A DNA stretch of 40,792 nucleotides from an archaeon. GTDB lineage: Archaea > Nanobdellota > Nanobdellia > SCGC-AAA011-G17 > PNOQ01. Location of the stretch: contig JAIOSD010000020.1 in assembly GCA_021107835.1 (NCBI GenBank), positions 1 to 40,792 of the forward strand. The letters are read 5' to 3'. The first letter of the stretch is position 1, and each line of letters begins with the position of its first letter. Positions 1 to 9,482 of this stretch are shown here, in pieces. A model generated the notes under the pieces. That model searched no databases. It saw only the letters and a list, made by a program, of their open reading frames with translations, and was not told where the DNA came from. Made by a program: the position numbers and the translations under genes.

Positions 1-3000
1 ATAACCATCAGAATCACCATCAGTACAAGTGCTAGAACTTTCACCAACCATTATTTCTTCTATCTCACTTTCTAACAAAGCACGATCATAAATTCGAACC
101 TCATCCAAAGAACCAGCAAAGTTAGAACCAGAAGAAATACTTCTCCTACCAACAACTAAATGATCAGAAGTAGCAACAGGAGAACCAGCAGAACCATCAT
201 AACTAGTTGTTATCAAATCCCCATCTAAATAAAGTAATATATCATCAACACCTGAAATAACCGCAGCAATATGAGCCCACTCACCAACATTAAGTATTCC
301 CCCATCAGACTTTACAATCCTTCTAAAGGTGGAAGTATCACCACCATCATCTCCAAAGCCAGCATAAATTTTCCCACCAGAATCTGCAACAGGAGTTATA
401 AACATAAAATATCCAGCATAGTTAGTACTATCATCTGTTCGTATAATTGGATGAACACTATCCAAATCAGCTAAATTAACCCAAGCTGCCAAAGTTACTG
501 GAAGTGTTAAACCATTCAAACTATCTTCAAAGTCTAGATAATTATCAACTCCATCAAAAGAATAAGCTCCATCAATCTGTCCCAAAGTTTGTGTTGGACA
601 ACTAACACAACTAACACTTAAAGCACTATCAGAATGATCATTATAATCAGAATCTAAAGGTAAGTATAAAACCGCATCATCAGGTGATACAGGAGTACAA
701 TCATTATCATTATCAATAGTACAACCACTAGGACAACAACCATCACCATTTATACAAGACGTTATTTCTGTTCCTGGAATACAACTCCCTGCAGAACAAA
801 TATCATTTTCAGTACAATCATCTCCATCATCACAAGGGATTGTATTATTAGTATATTCACAAACACCTTCTAGATTACAAACATCATTTGTACAAATATT
901 ATCATCATCACAATCTGAAGAACTATCACATTCAGTACATCCAGAAGTATCAAAAGTAGTACAACCAGACTCACAAGCTAAATCTCCACTGTCAAATCCT
1001 TCACTAACACAAGTAGCAATTCCAATATCATCATCGCTAGTTCCAAATATTAAATCAACTCCAGCATCACACTGTTCACCACCTTCTCTAACCCCATCTC
1101 CACATTCAGGAGCAACCCCATCAAAGCTTACAGGATAACCATTACTTGCTACCCCGTTTTCATCTATAACAAATAAATATGCATCTTCACCTAAAGAAAA
1201 ACTTCCTTGATTTACTGTGAATTCTATAGTTGAACCATCCCACGTTGTGTGTGGTATTTGTATCTCACAATGTGCACCATTACTTTCTTTTTGACTCCAA
1301 GAAGAAACATCACAGATTTCTACTCTTGCCCAAGTATTATCAACATAAACGTCATCAAAGTAAGTCCTCACATAACTTTGCGCACCAAATCCTTGGTACA
1401 TATTACCAATATCTATTGCTCTGAATTTCCCATCAACATCTTGGAGATTAATATATTCTTCATGAACAACTCTCTTTCCATCAAACCAGGTAGAAATCGC
1501 TCCATCATCAGCAGAAATAACACTTTCAGTTTTAGCATATTGTTCCATTTTATTCCAAACATTTGAAGTTTCAGAAAAAGAATCTCCAGATCCAACCCAA
1601 TCAAAGTTTGTAGTGGGATTATTTTGAATAGCTGACTGCCAATTTGGTCTTGTGGGCATAATAGCGCCGATCATAGCTGTTGGACATTGATAAGCACCAT
1701 TTGTACATTGACCGTTACCAAATACATAACAAACTTTATGATTTATTGGTAATATATTTGGATCTGCAACATCAAGATATCTCTTAAAATTAAAATAGAT
1801 TTCATCATAAGGCCCTTCACTCCCCCATCCAAAATAAGACTGTGTATTATCATTCCAATCAACAACCACAGTTTTAGAACCAGAAGGAGCATCTATGGGT
1901 AAACTAGACATATCCTTAACATAGGGTTCAATAGATGTTGTAGTCCCCGATGTCCAAGTAAAACCTACAACTGGAGAAACGCCTTTAATAACTTGACCAT
2001 CAGAATGACCTTCAAAATTATCCCAGGATAATGGCCCAACAGGACTCTTAACTCCAAAATCACCCCCACTAATACTAAAAATTCCACCATCACTCAAAAC
2101 ACCAGAATTAGAAACACTATCAACATGGGGCTCTCCAGTAGAAGGAAGAGTAACTTTCAAATAATCGCTAGGTTCTATTGTTTCTTCACCAAAGATAGCT
2201 CTAAAAACATATTCAGGATCTGAATCAACACCACCACTATCTTCAACCCATTTAGTAACCCAATTAAGATTTATTTGATTACCACTAAAAGTAGCTTCAG
2301 TTGGAAAACTAGTACCACTAACTAAATCATAATCAGTAAATACTAACCAATCATCAACTTCATATAATTCTAAACTAATTGTTTCCCCCTCACAATTTGC
2401 CCCATTAATAGTTAAGCTAACTTGAATTCCTTCTTCAACTTCAGAATCACTCCAACTAGCAGAAGTAAAAGTACAATCAGGTTCATCATAACAATTATCT
2501 GAATTAATTGTCTGGCAATTATTAATACATGATAAACTTCCAGCACTATAACCATAATTAGCACAAGTAACTCCATTAAAATTAGTTCCGTCACAAACCT
2601 CATTAATACCCGCATCATTTGGGGTTTGTATTATACCATCGCCACAGATTTCAGTAACTTCAGAACCCACAATATTTATCGTTTCTTCATTATTAGCATT
2701 TACTTGTGTATAATAAGTAGAACTAACATAAATATCATAAGGCGCATCCATAACTCTATTATGTACTCCACTAGGCCTAGAATCACCACTCTCAGTATAT
2801 TCCACTAAATCTAATCTAACATAACCAATACTATCCGTATATCCATTTATTTCAGAACCACTTCCTTGTGGAACTGCCCTGACAAAGGCATTAGTAATCG
2901 GATTTTGGTTATCATCCAAAACATTAACATTCAAATAATTAATTTTGGTTAAATCATAAGCAGCAATAGATTCTGTAGCTCTAAACTGATAAGAATCAGA

Positions 3001-4893
3001 ATTAAATCCCCCTAGAAATTTATTATTAATCAACCTAATATTGCTAGCTAAATGATCATAATACCCAATTTGGATTGCTGCATCAGGGTAACTGGGGGTA
3101 TAATAAATATTAGGTACACTAACAAAAGTGTTATTTTCAATCCACATGTCAGTACTACTACCATAAAAACTACTTATCCAAACAGCTTCATCATTAGCTT
3201 CAAAATAATTGTTATAGAAAACCCGATTATTCACTGGGTTATTATATGCCATTCCACCAATATACAAACCATAAACATATAATAAATCATTATCATTTTT
3301 TTTAGTTAGATAAAAATCGTTATCATGAACGGAGGTACCATCCCCGCTATTACTATGGAAAATACCAGAACTTAAAGGTCTACATAATGGATGTGCACTA
3401 TCATAATAATACTCCCCTGAAAGATAAAAAAGATTATTATATATCTCATTATTAACCCCTACATTCTCATAATAGTCGTTAATCCTTATAGCATTGGTAG
3501 AGTAATCTTCATTATTATATTCTGGATTACAAGGTTGAGCTTCACTATAAAAGACATTATTATAAACTAAATTATTATCTGCTTTAAAAAGTAAAATTCC
3601 GCTACCTCTTATTGGATCAAAGACATTGTTATATATCTCGGCACTGCCAATATGCCCCCCCATCATAATGGTATAGTGATTTGTAACTGCTTGATCATTT
3701 CTTAAAACATTATCATGAATTCTAGCTCCATCTCCACCAACATTAATAACTCCTTGGCCCCCTTCCGCATAATTATGATGAAAATCACCATTACCAATAG
3801 AAATGCTACAATGACTTAAACTTTGTCTTGTGGTTATCCATGGTTGATAATTATAAAATGTAGAATAAGAAATACTCCCTGATGATGTTATATGGGCGGT
3901 TTTAGAATCAATACCTGATTCATCTACTCGAACATTTTCAACATGCACCGTCCCCCCTAATAAATCAGAGAATCTAAATCCACGAGAATTATGACTAAAA
4001 GCGCCAGAAGTAATATATCCATCTTTTATTATTACATCGGGAGCTATAACACCAGATTGGCCAAGATAATCCGGGGCATGACAAGTACTAACCCCTGTAT
4101 AAGAATTACATCCTCCTTCAGCATAGATCCTTATAGAACCAATACCCAAATCATGTGCTGGAACAATCCCCGCAAGATCTAAATAAGTACTAGAAACTGT
4201 GGTAACTCTTAATCTATAATTTCCAACTGGCTGATCATCAAAATCGCAAAAAGCAGTTCTTCCTTCCCCATAAGAATCATTAGGAGATTGTAAAGTACAA
4301 ACAATTCCATTTTGTTCACTTTCCACTTGAATAGTTGGACCATTAGCATCTGCACCAGCTCTAAAAACTATCATCCCCCTATAGTGCCTATTAGCAACAG
4401 GTAAATAAACCCAATCAGAAACTATTGTTTCTCCACCCGCCATAAACGCATTGTTCCCTTCAACTATCCTAATATCATCCTGATCTCTTTGCTCAATACT
4501 AGGTGCTAAAGAAACATCCCAGTAATCTGGAACTCCACCGGTCCAACCCTCAAAATCATAATTTGGAATCATAGGATAATTTGCATCTTGATAAGTTATT
4601 GTATAACCATTCAAATCTAAAGTAACATCTCCCCCTAAAAAAATACAGGACATTGTATCAGAAAGATCTTGTGTTAATAATAAATAAGCACCACTTGGAT
4701 AATTATAAAACCCACAAGAACTAACTTCAACGCAGTTTGGATGAGTAATATCTCCACAAGTTCTAGAACCTGGAGGAGAAACAGTCGCACCAGCACTATC
4801 TCTTATAGATTGCTCAAATCCAGGAGGCAAATCACCATAAACACAGTTGACAAAAAATAATACTAAAACTAAAAACAATACCCCTTTCTTCAT
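1..4893 (-). CDS. Giant secreted surface protein, C-terminus cut by the window edge. Signal peptide, right-handed parallel beta-helix repeats, Cys-rich CGDG and CDDG-type modules, LamG/ConA-like lectin domain
   Basis: Absent from the supplied ORF track, which seems to omit edge-truncated ORFs. Reverse-complement reading from ATG at 4893-4891 gives MKKGVLFLVLVLFFVNCVYGD... (signal peptide). The frame was checked at several points. 2646-2491: CGDGIIQTPNDAGINEVCDGTNFNGVTCANYGYSAGSLSCINNCQTINSDNC. 1104-937: CGDGVREGGEQCDAG...TCVSEGFDSGDLACESGC. 900-781: NICTNDVCNLEGVCEYTNNTIPCDDGDDCTENDICSAGSC. 300-241: GILNVGEWAHIAAVISGVDD. 120-61: FAGSLDEVRIYDRALLESEI (typical LamG_3 ending). The region around 2900-4000 reads as NN-rich beta-helix repeats (IYNNVF.., VFYNNYFEAN). 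Other frames hold only tiny ORFs. Not every codon was verified. Confidence 0.8.
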   Translation of the reverse strand, partial: MKKGVLFLVLVLFFVNCVYGDLPPGFEQSIRDSAGATVSPPGSRTCGDITHPNCVEVSSCGFYNYPSGAYLLLTQDLSDTMSCIFLGGDVTLDLNGYTITYQDANYPMIPNYDFEGWTGGVPDYWDVSLAPSIEQRDQDDIRIVEGNNAFMAGGETIVSDWVYLPVANRHYRGMIVFRAGADANGPTIQVESEQNGIVCTLQSPNDSYGEGRTAFCDFDDQPVGNYRLRVTTVSSTYLDLAGIVPAHDLGIGSIRIYAEGGCNSYTGVSTCHAPDYLGQSGVIAPDVIIKDGYITSGAFSHNSRGFRFSDLLGGTVHVENVRVDESGIDSKTAHITSSGSISYSTFYNYQPWITTRQSLSHCSISIGNGDFHHNYAEGGQGVINVGGDGARIHDNVLRNDQAVTNHYTIMMGGHIGSAEIYNNVFDPIRGSGILLFKADNNLVYNNVFYSEAQPCNPEYNNEDYSTNAIRINDYYENVGVNNEIYNNLFYLSGEYYYDSAHPLCRPLSSGIFHSNSGDGTSVHDNDFYLTKKNDNDLLYVYGLYIGGMAYNNPVNNRVFYNNYFEANDEAVWISSFYGSSTDMWIENNTFVSVPNIYYTPSYPDAAIQIGYYDHLASNIRLINNKFLGGFNSDSYQFRATESIAAYDLTKINYLNVNVLDDNQNPITNAFVRAVPQGSGSEINGYTDSIGYVRLDLVEYTESGDSRPSGVHNRVMDAPYDIYVSSTYYTQVNANNEETINIVGSEVTEICGDGIIQTPNDAGINEVCDGTNFNGVTCANYGYSAGSLSCINNCQTINSDNCYDEPDCTFTSASWSDSEVEEGIQVSLTINGANCEGETISLELYEVDDWLVFTDYDLVSGTSFPTEATFSGNQINLNWVTKWVEDSGGVDSDPEYVFRAIFGEETIEPSDYLKVTLPSTGEPHVDSVSNSGVLSDGGIFSISGGDFGVKSPVGPLSWDNFEGHSDGQVIKGVSPVVGFTWTSGTTTSIEPYVKDMSSLPIDAPSGSKTVVVDWNDNTQSYFGWGSEGPYDEIYFNFKRYLDVADPNILPINHKVCYVFGNGQCTNGAYQCPTAMIGAIMPTRPNWQSAIQNNPTTNFDWVGSGDSFSETSNVWNKMEQYAKTESVISADDGAISTWFDGKRVVHEEYINLQDVDGKFRAIDIGNMYQGFGAQSYVRTYFDDVYVDNTWARVEICDVSSWSQKESNGAHCEIQIPHTTWDGSTIEFTVNQGSFSLGEDAYLFVIDENGVASNGYPVSFDGVAPECGDGVREGGEQCDAGVDLIFGTSDDDIGIATCVSEGFDSGDLACESGCTTFDTSGCTECDSSSDCDDDNICTNDVCNLEGVCEYTNNTIPCDDGDDCTENDICSAGSCIPGTEITSCINGDGCCPSGCTIDNDNDCTPVSPDDAVLYLPLDSDYNDHSDSALSVSCVSCPTQTLGQIDGAYSFDGVDNYLDFEDSLNGLTLPVTLAAWVNLADLDSVHPIIRTDDSTNYAGYFMFITPVADSGGKIYAGFGDDGGDTSTFRRIVKSDGGILNVGEWAHIAAVISGVDDILLYLDGDLITTSYDGSAGSPVATSDHLVVGRRSISSGSNFAGSLDEVRIYDRALLESEIEEIMVGESSSTCTDGDSDGY

Positions 4894-5083
4894 ACACTTA
4901 TAAATAAAAGAGAAGTATTTAAATATATCTACAAATAAAAACATTTAAATAAAAAAGAACCAAAACAAAACTAGGTGGTTTAAAATAACAAAAATAAACA
5001 TTCTATACGGGGTCTTAATTTTAGCTGCACTAGTTGCAATATTTACACCAAACATAGATATTAATCAACCACAATATTCACCA

Positions 5084-5284
5084 ATGGAAAATCAAGATGT
5101 AAAACTTCCAACAAATCTCGGTGTATTGCACTCAGAATGTGCAAAGGCATGTGTAAATATAGATAGCTGCTCAACTTCAGAATCATACAAAGAAAATGAT
5201 TTATACATCTGCAAATGCAGTGACTGTAAAACTTCAAAAGAAACAGTAACTTTAACTTCAACAGATAGAACAAATTTTAAATAA
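5084..5284 (+). CDS. Small Cys-rich protein; may start upstream at a non-canonical ATA (4985), which would add a signal-anchor helix
   Basis: 66-aa ORF with 6 Cys (HSECAKACVNIDSC...YICKCSDCK). The frame stays open back to 4949. Codons upstream of the ATG read KITKINILYGVLILAALVAIFTPNIDINQPQYSP, a TM/signal-like segment. AGGTGG lies at 4973-4978, 6 nt before ATA at 4985. Confidence 0.35.
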   Translation: MENQDVKLPTNLGVLHSECAKACVNIDSCSTSESYKENDLYICKCSDCKTSKETVTLTSTDRTNFK

Positions 5285-5725
5285 TTATTTTTTCTTAGTA
5301 ATTTTCTTTTTCACAATCTTCTTCTTAACTAACTTCTTTTTAGGTTTCTTCTTAACTACTTTTTTCTTTGGTTTTTTCTTTTTATACTCATCAAAAATTT
5401 CCCAAATCGGATATGTTTTTCTTGTATAAGGAGAGTTTTTCCAAACCTTCACAACTTTTCCATCCCGAATATCAATTCTACAAAAAGTATAATAAATTGG
5501 TGCCCGCATATATTCCGCTTCTCTTATAACAAATTGAATATCATAACTCCCAGCACTCCAGTTTCCAGTAAATTGATGCATAAATCTCTTAAAAACAATC
5601 AAACCTTCACAATCTTTCTTTTTTATATTTAAATATTTATTTTTATGATATGGTGCTTTATATGTATCTCTTATCTTTAATACTAGCATAGACCTTACAA
5701 AATTAATTTTAATGACTTCATCCAT
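5285..5725 (-). CDS. Hypothetical protein with an extreme Lys-rich C-terminal tail
   Basis: 146-aa ORF, 27 nt downstream of the Rpp30 gene on the same strand. C-terminus is KKKKPKKKVVKKKPKKKLVKKKIVKKKITKKK. No family recognised for the N-terminal ~110 aa. Confidence 0.6.
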   Translation of the reverse strand: MDEVIKINFVRSMLVLKIRDTYKAPYHKNKYLNIKKKDCEGLIVFKRFMHQFTGNWSAGSYDIQFVIREAEYMRAPIYYTFCRIDIRDGKVVKVWKNSPYTRKTYPIWEIFDEYKKKKPKKKVVKKKPKKKLVKKKIVKKKITKKK

Positions 5726-5752
5726 TATCTAATAAATATACAAACAATCTAT

Positions 5753-6247
5753 TTAAAGCTTTCCCAAAACCCGACCAAAAACCTTCATCAAATCTTCACT
5801 TCTCAACTCATATTTATCCTTAGCAAATGTAGAAAAAACCATTCTCACTTTAAATTTCTTACAAAATCTATAATTTTGCCTCATTCTACCTAAAATCTTA
5901 GATCTCTCTTTACAAACACTATTCAACAAACTAGAAAAATTAAAACCAATCGCAACATTATTCTTAGCCGCCAACTTACAAAGCACTTGATTTAATCCAG
6001 AATTTCTAAAAAACATAAAATCTTTCTTATCATTTTTTTCAGGACTTAATAAAATATCAACTTTTTTAGTTTCAACAGCAAGTCTATTTAGTTTCAAATC
6101 TCCTCCTTGAACAATAATTAAACCTTTAGATTTTTGAATCTCATTTCTAAATTTATTCAAAGGAACATCAATCACACTAACTAATTCAGTCTCAATCTCT
6201 AACTTCTTTTCAATTTCTTTATCCTGAACAAAAGTTAGTTGTTTCAT
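5753..6247 (-). CDS. rnp3: RNase P protein component 3 (Rpp30 family), compact form
   Basis: Aligns by eye to the remembered Pyrococcus horikoshii Rpp30. [25 protein letters not shown] matches [65 protein letters not shown] matches [41 protein letters not shown]. Only 164 aa. Confidence 0.75.
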   Translation of the reverse strand: [164 protein letters not shown]

Positions 6248-6288
6248 AAGTAATAAACTAAAAATTTATGTTTAAAAAGATACCCCAT

Positions 6289-8460
6289 TTAAAATAAATT
6301 CAATATATCTAAAAAAAGATAAAAAGGATTAATAAAAGGTGCCAACCTTACTGGCCTTATTTTAATCTTCCCCATTCTAGAATTACAATCAGAAAAATCA
6401 AACTCACAATCAACACAATCCAAATCACCAGAAATATATCCATAATCTAAACAAGTTTTTCCATCTAAATTAAAACCATCACACTCTTCATCAACATCAA
6501 CAACCAAATCTCCACAAAAACTTTCTCCAAACTCCAAAGCACCCATATCAGGACCATCACCAACAGAATAATCATTTATGTTTGGAATTAAAACACCACT
6601 ATCAACACAAGGACTTCCAGAATCCAACTGAATATCAAAAGATCCAACATTTTCAAACAATGGATTTAGTTTAATCCCATGTTCTTCATTACCCGTAGCA
6701 GAATAAAATTCAGAAGGAGTAAGATAATTATTCCCACCCCATTTAATCCAGGAATAAGATCTAGTAGTAAAAAGACAATTATAATCCCAATCATTATTTA
6801 CGGGATCATAACCAGAATAACTTTCAAAAACATATCTATCACTATATCCAATATTATTTCTCAAAACCAAGTTCCCAAAATTACCAGAACCAAAGATTTC
6901 AGTAGGGCCAAATCCATTGTTTCCGTCAAATCTTACTGCAGTATTATGATATAAATAAACCCTTCCGGCATATCCTCCAACTTTATAGAAATTGCCGGTA
7001 TATTTTTCAGTAGTTGGAGCAAAAATTTGATTTCTGATTGCATATACCGGACCAACATTTATAGGCACAAAAGACAAAGGGTTGTGAGTGGTTCTAAATT
7101 CATTTGAAATTATCCTAAAATTAACCGTTGCACCTTCAGGTTCAACTCCATCATCCTTTATATCATAAAAAATATTTCTATAAACCTCAACATTATAATT
7201 TAAATTAATATTATTTAAATCACCCCAAATAGAAGCACAAACCCCATTCATATTTCCATGAATCTCATTATCTCTAACAGAATTTCCTCCGCGACCTTTC
7301 AAACTAACTGCACACCCTTCGGTATCATGGGCTTTATTTCTTTCCCAAGCCCATTCAAAAATAGAAGTATCATAAAACTCATTATTTTGGATTAGATTAT
7401 TATAGGCTTCTCCAACAACACTAACCCCATATCTAGTATTATGTAAAATATTATTTTGTATAATTATATTATTAGAGTCTTCAATTAAAATTGCTTCATC
7501 ACCAGAACTTCTGCCAAAGAAGCCTAAATTAAATCCGTCTAGAATAATATTAGAAACCCCATTTAAATTAAACCCATTATATCTTCCAGCAACATGCATC
7601 TCATGAGAATCTGGATCCGAACCATCTGGCAATTTTACATACAACCAACCATTGTCATTAGAATAATAACCTCCAAAAACCCCATCACTCTCTAAAACAC
7701 CATTAGAAAACTCATCAAAAGTATAATGCTGAGAGTAATATTGTTGATTATAATTAAACAATCTCGTATCCTCATCAAAAGCAACATGATATGTCCTAAA
7801 TCCGATATATGCTCTATAAGAATCTGAACCAGAATCGTAAATCCAGTCATCAGTTCCCCCAATAGTTTCAAAACTTTCAATACTGCCTCTTACAAAAACG
7901 TCATCTTCTGCCTTAAAAACAATATAATTATTATCACTTCCAGAAACAGAAAAATCGACAGTTTCATAATAGATGCCTGGATAAACATGAACAACATCTC
8001 CAGCTTGTGCAACATTAGAAGCTCGTTGAATTGTCCTAAAAGAATCACCAACATTTAATCCAGAATTAGTATCATCCCCATTTACAGAAACATAATAATC
8101 ATTTCCCCCATAATTTATATCACTGTTTAATGTTTTTACTTGACTTATTAAATAACTACCATCAACACTAACTCTTACATCATAATCTGTATTCTCTTCT
8201 AAATAAAAAACACTCCCATAAGCAGAGTTAGAATCATGAACATACAAATCATGACCTTGTTTCCAAATAGAAGAAGAGCTTTCTTTAAATTCTAATTGAA
8301 TACTCTCTAATGGATCTCCAGAATAATCCACACGCACACCAATAGATTCATAATTAGAATTTAATGTCAAAGAGTCTAAACTAGAAGTAGCAGAAACACT
8401 AAAACTAAATAAAATTAACAAAATAGGAACGATTAAGATTCTCATAGGAATAAACATCAA
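6289..8460 (-). CDS. Secreted parallel beta-helix (pectate-lyase-fold) protein with a C-terminal Cys-rich CGD module and a hydrophobic tail
   Basis: Signal peptide MMFIPMRILIVPILLILFSFSVSATSS. Beta-helix N-cap-like YYVSVNGDDTNSGLNVGDSFRTIQRASNVAQAGDVVHVYPGIYYE. PbH1-like repeats NNIIIQNNILHNTRYGVSVVGEAYNNLIQNNEFYDT. C-terminal module CGDLVVDVDEECDGFNLDGKTCLDYGYISGDLDCVDCEFDFSDC at 6516-6385. Confidence 0.85.
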   Translation of the reverse strand: MMFIPMRILIVPILLILFSFSVSATSSLDSLTLNSNYESIGVRVDYSGDPLESIQLEFKESSSSIWKQGHDLYVHDSNSAYGSVFYLEENTDYDVRVSVDGSYLISQVKTLNSDINYGGNDYYVSVNGDDTNSGLNVGDSFRTIQRASNVAQAGDVVHVYPGIYYETVDFSVSGSDNNYIVFKAEDDVFVRGSIESFETIGGTDDWIYDSGSDSYRAYIGFRTYHVAFDEDTRLFNYNQQYYSQHYTFDEFSNGVLESDGVFGGYYSNDNGWLYVKLPDGSDPDSHEMHVAGRYNGFNLNGVSNIILDGFNLGFFGRSSGDEAILIEDSNNIIIQNNILHNTRYGVSVVGEAYNNLIQNNEFYDTSIFEWAWERNKAHDTEGCAVSLKGRGGNSVRDNEIHGNMNGVCASIWGDLNNINLNYNVEVYRNIFYDIKDDGVEPEGATVNFRIISNEFRTTHNPLSFVPINVGPVYAIRNQIFAPTTEKYTGNFYKVGGYAGRVYLYHNTAVRFDGNNGFGPTEIFGSGNFGNLVLRNNIGYSDRYVFESYSGYDPVNNDWDYNCLFTTRSYSWIKWGGNNYLTPSEFYSATGNEEHGIKLNPLFENVGSFDIQLDSGSPCVDSGVLIPNINDYSVGDGPDMGALEFGESFCGDLVVDVDEECDGFNLDGKTCLDYGYISGDLDCVDCEFDFSDCNSRMGKIKIRPVRLAPFINPFYLFLDILNLF

Positions 8461-8479
8461 CCACCATTAATAAAATTAA

Positions 8480-8923
8480 CTACTTGTACACATGAGCATT
8501 TACTCTTATTTTTTGAATAACTCTAGAATTTTTATGAGGATAATGTGATCTCTCCCGTGATATCTCCCCCATCATATTTATAATAGCCCAAGGATCTCTA
8601 GAATCTATCAACTGTCTTGTTTGTGTAAGCGAATATTGATTATTGGCACAAATTTCTCCAACTCTTGTCCAAAAAACATCATAATCTATTTCATTTTTAG
8701 AAAGATCTGATTGTCTATTCCCCACATTCTGATATGCATCTGGAACCCCATCAAGAAATTCTTTGATAGTGGGATCATCAATTCTTAAAACATACTCCAA
8801 ATAAGCAAGTCCAATCCTATCTTTTTGATCATCAGATAAAGCAGTTTTTTGGGAGTTCCATAACTCTTCTAAGGATGCAAGGACTAGATCATCCCATTCA
8901 AAACTTTTTTCTTCTAAAGCCAT
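8480..8923 (-). CDS. Hypothetical protein
   Basis: 147-aa ORF in a co-directional gene string. No recognisable motif. Confidence 0.55.
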   Translation of the reverse strand: MALEEKSFEWDDLVLASLEELWNSQKTALSDDQKDRIGLAYLEYVLRIDDPTIKEFLDGVPDAYQNVGNRQSDLSKNEIDYDVFWTRVGEICANNQYSLTQTRQLIDSRDPWAIINMMGEISRERSHYPHKNSRVIQKIRVNAHVYK

Positions 8924-8969
8924 CTTTTTTTGAATTGGATTAAATTAATAAAGCTTTAGTAAATCAAAA

Positions 8970-9452
8970 CTATATATTATTAATAAACTTAACGATATCT
9001 TTCAATTTATAGCCTTCAGTAGTATCAACAACCAATAAATTATGTTTTTCCCCTTTAGCTTCAATAACAACAGTATCAAATATTTCTGCCTCGACATTAT
9101 CTTTTATCTTATTAGCATTATATCCTCGTTTCTTTAATCTCTCTCTTAACTCACCAATCTCACAAGTTGTAACAATACACACATCAACATATTTCCTAGG
9201 TAAATAATGACTTAGGTGAGAATCAATAATTAAATTCTTTTTAGAACTTTCAATAAACTCAATTAAAAACTTGTTTAATTTTTTTACATCAACAATCTCA
9301 CACTGATTTTCTTTATCATAACCAGAAGATAAATTATTTTCTTTTATTAATTTAATAACCTCAACATACTCATAATTCAAAGCTTTGCTCAATTTCTTAC
9401 TCAAAGTGGTCTTACCACTACCTACTGAACCACTAACACAAACAACTTTCAT
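8970..9452 (-). CDS. Fap7 / adenylate kinase isoenzyme-6-like P-loop NTPase
   Basis: Walker A GSVGSGKTT at the N-terminus, DSHLSH motif, RLKKRGYNANKIKDNVEAEIF segment, ~160 aa. This is the typical archaeal Fap7/AK6 layout. Confidence 0.7.
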   Translation of the reverse strand: MKVVCVSGSVGSGKTTLSKKLSKALNYEYVEVIKLIKENNLSSGYDKENQCEIVDVKKLNKFLIEFIESSKKNLIIDSHLSHYLPRKYVDVCIVTTCEIGELRERLKKRGYNANKIKDNVEAEIFDTVVIEAKGEKHNLLVVDTTEGYKLKDIVKFINNI

Positions 9453-9482
9453 AAAAATAAATTAAAAAAGAAGTTTAAAAAC

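Noticed and set aside
271-4182. Small plus- and minus-strand ORFs in the track (271-474, 1230-1566, 2412-2618, 2626-2808, 3052-3282, 3991-4182)
   Set aside because: They are embedded in, or antisense to, the long minus-strand reading frame 1-4893, which has coherent domain content. Their own translations are low-complexity.
5285-5390. Repetitive A/T-rich tract (aaaaag/tttctt periodicity), considered as a simple-sequence repeat or CRISPR-like array
   Set aside because: It is the in-frame coding sequence of a Lys-rich protein tail. There is no repeat-spacer organisation, and no CRISPR array is present anywhere in the window.
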